Shown one piece after another: positions 48,061-54,742 of a stretch of 54,742 bases of DNA. The DNA is from an uncultured Candidatus Micrarchaeota archaeon (GTDB taxonomy: Archaea; Micrarchaeota; Micrarchaeia; Anstonellales; Bilamarchaeaceae). The translations under genes were made by a program, and so were the position numbers. Within the stretch, counting starts at the first letter, position 1. Each line of letters opens with the position of its first letter. Under the pieces are notes generated by a model, which saw only the letters and a list, made by a program, of their open reading frames with translations, did not search any database and was not told the origin of the DNA. The stretch lies in the NCBI GenBank assembly GCA_903835325.1, contig CAILMU010000061.1:1-54742 (forward strand), given 5' to 3'.

Positions 48061-51000
48061 CTAGAACAGCATGCCCGCATGTATCATGAACCCTGCCTGC
48101 ATAGGCTGGTTCTCCACCATGGTCGCGGTGGACTGCATTGATTCGGGCCGGGCCGTCGACATCGGCATGAACGGCCAATAGCCTTTCCATCCTACAGCCG
48201 TTATCCACCATTTGCTCCCGACTCCGCCCCGCTCTATGGTGGTGTTGGTGTATCCTATCCCGCCGCGCATGATGAATTGCGAGTAGGAATCCGACTGGTC
48301 GAGGGTGGCTCCGGCTGCAGGTATCGAGGTCGCCCCCAGGACCCGCCCCGTCTCCTTCCCGCCTTCGTAGAAGATGTGCAGCGCGTTCGTCGTGCCGGTG
48401 ACCACATTCGTCCTGGACCAGGTGATGCCGAGGCCTGCTGTGGCCCTTTGGAATTCCGAGAGGTTCGCGCATGAGCCTACTCCGAGCTTCGTGCAGATGT
48501 CGGCGAGTTCGTCGGTGTTGTGGAACACGTCCGAGGATGCCGCGACTATCCTCTGCTGGGCCGCGTTGAAGAACACATAGCCGAACCATTGGTTGAGCAC
48601 GGATTCGGTCGCGACGGTCCTGAGCCTGCCTGAGACCATGAACTGCAGGTCCCGGTATTGCTCCACGCTGTATTGCCGGGTTCCCACCTTGAGACCGGCC
48701 AGGATATCGTATTTGTGGTCCTGGAACACGTCTATGATTCCGCCGACGGTCCAGTTGTTAGTTGCAGACCATGATTTGGCAGCCTGCGAAGTGAGCGGGA
48801 CGGTGTATCCGCCGATCACCTTGCCTGCGCTGAACCACCTGGCCCTTTTATCGCCTGAGAACATAAGCTTGTAGTTGCTCCCCTCCTTATCGATGACCAG
48901 CCTGGATATGGCTCCCCCTATCTGGAGGCCTGCTTCCTGCCATTCCTTGAGGTCCTCGTAATTGCCTATCATCAGCGCCCCTATCGAACCGGGCTCCGAG
49001 ACCTTGGTGTTGAGGATATAGTATTTGTTGTTCCTCTGGTCCTTGAACAGCTTGCGGTCGCTCTTGTCCCTCATCGAGCTGTCGGCCGATAGGCGCTGGC
49101 TGAGGATTATGTCGTACCTGTCGGCATTCAGCCCGTATTCGCTTGAGGAATCCATGGCCTGCTGCAGCACGCCCTTGATATCCCTCTCCATGACGGTCTT
49201 GAGCTCGGCTCCGGTCAGTTGCGTCTGGACAGGCGGGGACGGCATCCTCGTCTCCGACAAGCGCGCCTCGATGCTGTTCGCTTTCTGCGTACGGGCGATG
49301 AACGCCTTCTCCATCCTGTCCGGAGATAGGAGTATCCAGTCGTAATCCCGGTTCCCTTTCATGACCATCTCCAGGATATCAATGCCGTAATCTGCCTTCA
49401 GCCTCTCAAGGTCGGGTTTGGTTTTCCTCAGTTCGGTGTAGATGTCGATGAGCGCGTCCGCGCTTTTCCCCAGGTCGTCATGGAAATGCGTGATCAACGG
49501 CATCACGTAGTATTCCTGGTCTTTCTTCTTCGCCTGCAGGTCGCGCACTATCTCCAGCTTCGGCTTCACCATCCACGAGAGGTCGTCCCTCCCCTGGTCC
49601 GCGATATCGATGAACGCTTTGCCGTAGATGCCTTCGAGCCGCCTCCTGTTCGGACCCATCATGTTCCCATATTCGTGGTAGACGTCCATCAGGGCGCGCG
49701 CGGCATTCGGCTCGCTCGGAATGGAAAGCGGGCGCTCGTACTGGTACTCGGGGCCGAGCGGATAGTTCACATAGCCGAAGCCGGCATACATATCGGCATA
49801 GGGCCGCAACGCCGGCCTGCTTATCGAAATAGTAGGCTGGCTCGTGTCTATCACGACGGGCGCATAGCCGTAGCCCCTTAAATCTATCTGGGCATAAGTC
49901 GAGGTCGGTTTCCCGAATATCATCAATCCGGACAGATTCGCGTATGCCTGCTGGTCCTGCGGGGTGAGGCTCGCGGTGGTCGAAGTCATCCATTGCCCGG
50001 ACCCGATCAAATACGCTCTGGTCTTCTCGCCGTCATAACCGTAACCTAGGGTGAATCTCCAGATGTCGCGGTCTACATATGATTGCAGGCTCTTGTTCAG
50101 ATTTCCCAGGATCGTCTCCTGGTTCTGAGGGTTGAGCTGTATGTCCCTCATGGCGGAATCTATCGTATTGTACATATTCGTGAAGCCCGGCACCCTCTGG
50201 CCCCCGACCAGAAAGCTGTGCCTCTGCGCCCAGTACATGAAAAGCAATGAGCCGTAATGCGGGCTCGGCGTGTTTATAGGATTGCCGTTCGCATCCTTGC
50301 GCTGGCCGACGGTGTATGTCCCATCCGCGTTCCTCTGCGTCCAATCCTCGAGCTTGCCGTACATGTAGGTGGCGGAAATCAGCAGGCCGGTGTTCCTCGC
50401 CTCGTCCTCGCTCCAGTGGTAGAAATTCACGAGCGTCGTCTTGATGCGCGAATACATCTGGTCGGCCTGGGCGCTCGCCATCATGTAGTTGTCCATGAGA
50501 TTTATGTCGCTGTAGCTCACGGTCGCTCCGACGGATTTCGTCTGGTATTTGGTCGGCTTCCATTCCCACGCGCCTTTCACGCCCACTACCGGAGACCAGT
50601 TCCCGCCGGATGTGGAGAACACGGGCGTCCTCATCGCGCCTCCAGCTGCCCTGAACTCGAACTGGTCTGCAAGAGGGCCTTCCCTGGTCCTCATCCTCCG
50701 CCATAATACTTCGCCGACGCCCCCTGAGAACGCCGAATCCGAGATGTGGGTATTGTCCGTGGGATCCGTCTTCACCACTTCATTGCCGCGGAAGAAAGCC
50801 GCATACACATCCTTCTGCTTGCGGTCCTGGAGCAGGTGCGTGACTGCGTTGCCGACAGCCTGCTGGGCGGCATAAGGCGTCATGCTCTGGATATCGCGCG
50901 CGAGATTCCCGAAAGCGAGCGCCGAGTAGGTCTCGCCTCCTCCGGTCGGAAGCGTGAACCCGACAGCGGTGCCGCTCAATCCTCCGGCCGCCGAATCCTT

Positions 51001-54000
51001 TGAGAGCATGCTGCTCCCGATTGTTTTTATGGATGAGAGGAACTGCCTGGTGTTCGCGCCGAAATAGAGGAAGTTCATCAGCTCGGCCTGCGTGTCCGAA
51101 CCGTAGTCGAGCTGGTACATGTTGCCTTCCTTGGTGATGAAAACGAGCCTTGAATCCAGCCTTCCCTGGGATGGCTGGTTTGTGAGTTCATCGTAGTGCT
51201 CGCCCGCTACATAGACCAGCATGTCCGTCGCGTTCTCCTTGGCTATCCTCGAATAGGTGTCCAGGAGGCCTTTCGTGTAGCCCCTTGTCTTCTGCTCTGT
51301 GGAGCTCGACGCCCCGCCTGGCGGGGACAATGTCGTTGTCGTGCCGGCGTATTCGCGGTGGATATTCCCTATCCCGCGCGTGATGCCGACATTCTCGTCT
51401 TCTGCAAGGAACGGCAGTATGCCCGAGAAAGGCACCTTCATGGCATTCGCCTGCGCGTCCACTGTGTATTGCCTTGTCGCGGTTGAAGATGTGACCGGGC
51501 CGCCAGCCGGACCAGCGATGGTCGTGGTCGTGGAATCTGTGTAGGTGACCGCTTCCCTGTGGCCTCCGCTGATGCTCCTCTGGCCGAGGAAAGCCGCGAT
51601 GCCCCCGGTGTCTGTCGTCGTGGAACCTGAACTTGTCCGGCCGAAGAATCCGCCTGCCTCGCCGACGGTGTTGAGCCAATACCCGCTGTAATCTGCCGGC
51701 ATAGGCCCGAATGACTCGCCGATACGCCTGAGAAGTGTGGATGCCCCGATAGCGCCTATCCTGAACCTGTTCGAGACCCTCTGCCTGAACATCTTGGGCC
51801 CGGGTTCCCGGACCTGGTCGGACATATATGAGTATGTCGTATCAGCGCCCGGCGTGAATGCTATCCCGGTACCGACAGGCTGCCTGGCCTGCGTCGGCAT
51901 CGTTGCCCTCGGATAGAGATCCAGGGGCTGGGGTATCTGGCCGTAGTTGGTCGGCATGGGCTCGAAACCGGTCGTCTGCCAGAATCCAGGTTTCGGCTGG
52001 TACAGATAGGGAAGCTTGTAGTTCATATCGAGCCTGGGTTCAGGAACCAGCCTGAGCTCGTCCTCGAGCCGGTTGTGGTCGAAGTCGCTCGTCGCTTTCC
52101 TAAGGTTGGCGCCGATGTCCGCGAACACCCCGAGGAAGTACCTGCGGTTTATGACATTCGAGTATGCCCAGCTGCTCTGCCCGTTGTCGTATCTGGCGAC
52201 CACATTAGCCGTGAATGCGCTCATGGCGCTTATCAGGGTCATCTCGTCCTGCGTCACATCAAGGATGGCAGGCATGACATCGAGAAGGAAAGGCCCGAGC
52301 AGGTATGGGTCCCTCTGAGAGATGATTACGATGGTCTGCATCAGGGAATTCGCTGCCGCTTTCGAGAACGAGGAGTCGGTCCCGGAATACCGTTCCAGCG
52401 CCATGCCCAGGTAAAGGGCATCCATGAGGCTCAGCTTGTTCGGGAGGTCCGCGACAGCGGCATCGGTCAGGTCTCCGGTCGATGGATGGAAATTGCCAGT
52501 GCTGCGGGAAAGATTGTACTGGTCCGAGAGCTGGTTGAAGAAGTTCCTTCCCTGCGTGATGAGGTTCTTGCCTGAATCCGTCGCAAGGAATGCAGCGAGC
52601 TGCTCCGGGCTGGAGATGCCCTTGAAATTAGGAGGCAGGTCGACATTGTACCTCTTGGAGAGCGACTCGAGATTCCGGCTGAACAGGTCGAGGTTCACGA
52701 AAAGGTTGAACAGGTAGTCGTTCGTGCCAAGTTCGTCGCGGTAGTATTGTATCGCCTGGGTCAGGTCGGTAGACATGGTCTGCGTCGCGTTCGTGAAGCT
52801 TGTGGCTGTCTTTATCTGCAGGTAGACCTTCGGGATGACATCGGCCAGGTGTATGAAGTTCTTCATGAAGTTCGATTTCGCGACGCCGGGGCCGTGCTCG
52901 AATCCGCTGTTGAGCGTCTCATAGAGCTCGGGGGGCATCTGGGATTCAAGAGTATCAGCGGTGGTCGAAGGGCTCTGGATTATCTTCTCGAGCAGCTCGA
53001 AATTGGCTTCTATGGCCTTCACGAAGGCTTCGCCATGGACATCGTAAAGCTCGGCCAGCGCGCCCTTGTAGAGCTCGATGTTCTCCTTGGTCTGGGGCCT
53101 GCTCTTGTTCTCTTCAATCACCGAGATTATGGAGGTGATGTCCTCGAGCATATGGGTGTCCTGGTCGCGGTAGGAGCGGAGCGTTCCGAGGACTGCTTTC
53201 GAATGCGCCGAAGGGTAGGCCTGCATCAATGCGTTGCGGACAGATTGCGGGAGGTCTTTCACGGTGTCGAGGTTGGCTCCGGCTTCTTTCAATGTGGCAA
53301 GCGAATCCTTCTGCGCTTCCACCGCCTTCACGAACTCCTCGCCGAAAATCTTGACCATCGAGGCGCGGTCCTCTCCGGCACTCGGGTTCGTTATCGCCCG
53401 GTATGTCCTAATCAGGATGGATGAATACAGGTCGTTCTCCACCATCTTCATGTTCCCCATCTTGAGCTTCATCTTCTCCGGGCTGTCCAGGAAAGCGAGG
53501 TTAGGCGCCTGTGCCCGGACAGCAGTGACGAATCTCTGGCCGTACAAGGAGACCCACTGGCGCTCCTGCACGGTGTCGCCTTTCTTTATGGATGCGTAGA
53601 CGCTTCCGAGGGCGTCGAAATACGCCTTCTCGTCCATGCCGATTATGAAACCGAACAGTTCGGGGTTCGCCTTGCGGAGCACGCCGGCGACCACGTCCTC
53701 CATCACGGCGCGCTTCGGAGTCCCGGCTATCGCCGCGAACTTCGCCATCAGGCTCGCCATCCTGCCGGATGCGGTCGAAAGTGTCGGCGTGATGCCCGGG
53801 AGCATCGGCGTGTTCATGAGGTCTCCCCCTGTCTCGGCCACATGGATGAGGGCGAATGCCGTCTCGACGGCCTCATTCAGCTCCTGCGGTGTTATCATGC
53901 TGTCGCGCAAACTTTTCTGCCTGGCGGATATGGCCCTGATGGCATCCGAGCCGAGGTTCGGGCTGTTGGATTCTCCCCTGAGGCGCACATTCTCCTTCTC

Positions 54001-54742
54001 CCACCGTTCTATGTGCTCCCAGAGCCGCGCCCGCACCGGCGCGAGTATCTTGCGCCTGAGATTGTGCTTTATCTCCTCTATGTCGCGCTCGATTATCTGG
54101 TATGTGTCCTCGATCCCGGCCTGCAGGTTGGCTGCCCCGCGCGTGTCGATGGCTTTGGTCGGCGCCACTTTCGATATCATGGGGTTGATGAAGATGCTCC
54201 CCAAAGCGTCGTTCGCGTCCGACTGCGCCAGCTGGCCGCGTATCACCGCCTGCCTCGCGTTCGCGATGGCCGAGATGAATTGCGGGGCGGTGTAGAAATA
54301 GATGTAGTTGGAGACCAGTTCGGAAGTCGTTTTGTCCTTCTTCTCCTGGATGCCTTTCTCTATGCTGTCCAGGTCGCCGGCGAGCCAGCCGAGCGAGGCC
54401 TTGTTCTTCTCGACGAATTTCGTGAGCGGTTCGCCGTAGGTGTCCGCGAGCCTTTTGCGGTCAGGCTTCGCCTTGCTCATCTCCGCATATATGTCCTGCA
54501 TGGCTTTGGCGAGCGTGCCGACAGAGAAGCCTATCAGCGGGACCGGGTTCGCGCCCTTAGTCGCTTGGGAAGCGAGCTGCTTCATGAACGGGTCGTCCAT
54601 CTTGCCCGGCATCTCCTTCTCGAGCTCGCTGACGGATTTCACCACCCAGCCCATGCTGTCGAGGTTCTTCCATACGCTGTCTAGAAATTCCTTGCCGTAG
54701 GTTTTCTCCAGGGCAGCGCGCTGCTCGTGCAATGGCTTCACC
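48061..54742 (-). CDS. Giant protein (>2226 aa, 5' end outside window) with helical repeats and a beta-barrel-like C-terminal half
   Basis: Uninterrupted frame to the window edge; recurring L..xYG..F...V motif; many amphipathic Gly/aromatic strands; ends in Phe. Confidence 0.8.
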   Translation of the reverse strand, partial: VKPLHEQRAALEKTYGKEFLDSVWKNLDSMGWVVKSVSELEKEMPGKMDDPFMKQLASQATKGANPVPLIGFSVGTLAKAMQDIYAEMSKAKPDRKRLADTYGEPLTKFVEKNKASLGWLAGDLDSIEKGIQEKKDKTTSELVSNYIYFYTAPQFISAIANARQAVIRGQLAQSDANDALGSIFINPMISKVAPTKAIDTRGAANLQAGIEDTYQIIERDIEEIKHNLRRKILAPVRARLWEHIERWEKENVRLRGESNSPNLGSDAIRAISARQKSLRDSMITPQELNEAVETAFALIHVAETGGDLMNTPMLPGITPTLSTASGRMASLMAKFAAIAGTPKRAVMEDVVAGVLRKANPELFGFIIGMDEKAYFDALGSVYASIKKGDTVQERQWVSLYGQRFVTAVRAQAPNLAFLDSPEKMKLKMGNMKMVENDLYSSILIRTYRAITNPSAGEDRASMVKIFGEEFVKAVEAQKDSLATLKEAGANLDTVKDLPQSVRNALMQAYPSAHSKAVLGTLRSYRDQDTHMLEDITSIISVIEENKSRPQTKENIELYKGALAELYDVHGEAFVKAIEANFELLEKIIQSPSTTADTLESQMPPELYETLNSGFEHGPGVAKSNFMKNFIHLADVIPKVYLQIKTATSFTNATQTMSTDLTQAIQYYRDELGTNDYLFNLFVNLDLFSRNLESLSKRYNVDLPPNFKGISSPEQLAAFLATDSGKNLITQGRNFFNQLSDQYNLSRSTGNFHPSTGDLTDAAVADLPNKLSLMDALYLGMALERYSGTDSSFSKAAANSLMQTIVIISQRDPYLLGPFLLDVMPAILDVTQDEMTLISAMSAFTANVVARYDNGQSSWAYSNVINRRYFLGVFADIGANLRKATSDFDHNRLEDELRLVPEPRLDMNYKLPYLYQPKPGFWQTTGFEPMPTNYGQIPQPLDLYPRATMPTQARQPVGTGIAFTPGADTTYSYMSDQVREPGPKMFRQRVSNRFRIGAIGASTLLRRIGESFGPMPADYSGYWLNTVGEAGGFFGRTSSGSTTTDTGGIAAFLGQRSISGGHREAVTYTDSTTTTIAGPAGGPVTSSTATRQYTVDAQANAMKVPFSGILPFLAEDENVGITRGIGNIHREYAGTTTTLSPPGGASSSTEQKTRGYTKGLLDTYSRIAKENATDMLVYVAGEHYDELTNQPSQGRLDSRLVFITKEGNMYQLDYGSDTQAELMNFLYFGANTRQFLSSIKTIGSSMLSKDSAAGGLSGTAVGFTLPTGGGETYSALAFGNLARDIQSMTPYAAQQAVGNAVTHLLQDRKQKDVYAAFFRGNEVVKTDPTDNTHISDSAFSGGVGEVLWRRMRTREGPLADQFEFRAAGGAMRTPVFSTSGGNWSPVVGVKGAWEWKPTKYQTKSVGATVSYSDINLMDNYMMASAQADQMYSRIKTTLVNFYHWSEDEARNTGLLISATYMYGKLEDWTQRNADGTYTVGQRKDANGNPINTPSPHYGSLLFMYWAQRHSFLVGGQRVPGFTNMYNTIDSAMRDIQLNPQNQETILGNLNKSLQSYVDRDIWRFTLGYGYDGEKTRAYLIGSGQWMTSTTASLTPQDQQAYANLSGLMIFGKPTSTYAQIDLRGYGYAPVVIDTSQPTISISRPALRPYADMYAGFGYVNYPLGPEYQYERPLSIPSEPNAARALMDVYHEYGNMMGPNRRRLEGIYGKAFIDIADQGRDDLSWMVKPKLEIVRDLQAKKKDQEYYVMPLITHFHDDLGKSADALIDIYTELRKTKPDLERLKADYGIDILEMVMKGNRDYDWILLSPDRMEKAFIARTQKANSIEARLSETRMPSPPVQTQLTGAELKTVMERDIKGVLQQAMDSSSEYGLNADRYDIILSQRLSADSSMRDKSDRKLFKDQRNNKYYILNTKVSEPGSIGALMIGNYEDLKEWQEAGLQIGGAISRLVIDKEGSNYKLMFSGDKRARWFSAGKVIGGYTVPLTSQAAKSWSATNNWTVGGIIDVFQDHKYDILAGLKVGTRQYSVEQYRDLQFMVSGRLRTVATESVLNQWFGYVFFNAAQQRIVAASSDVFHNTDELADICTKLGVGSCANLSEFQRATAGLGITWSRTNVVTGTTNALHIFYEGGKETGRVLGATSIPAAGATLDQSDSYSQFIMRGGIGYTNTTIERGGVGSKWWITAVGWKGYWPFMPMSTARPESMQSTATMVENQPMQAGFMIHAGMLF

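Noticed and set aside
1..54742. CRISPR array or rRNA
   Set aside because: No regularly spaced repeats and no intergenic space large enough.

Overview
Archaeal genomic window. DPANN, most plausibly Micrarchaeota, is inferred from the archaeal-type purA, trm56 and AK6-type kinase, GGTGA ribosome-binding sites and a tRNA intron at a non-canonical site. About 34 kb (11337-45645) is an old, diverged tandem duplication of a ~17 kb, eight-gene envelope locus. Each copy has a large membrane-anchored protein on the minus strand (A), six mutually paralogous, mostly translationally coupled multi-pass membrane proteins (B-G) with CedA/VirB6-like motifs, and a ~1700 aa Cys-rich lipoprotein (H) with a possible glycoside-hydrolase-like barrel. 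Copy 1 ends in a truncated trm56 relic and copy 2 in intact trm56, which marks the duplication breakpoint. The flanks carry a 1783 aa toxin-like protein with a C-terminal HipA/PI3K-like kinase motif set, a >2226 aa protein with a helical repeat and a beta-barrel-like C-terminus, HEPN-MNT and AbiEii/AbiEi-like modules, tRNA-Ser(UGA) with a T-loop intron, scpB, a HAD hydrolase and a PadR regulator. No CRISPR array, integrase, transposase or secretion ATPase was seen. All calls come from reading motifs by eye; no database search was run.
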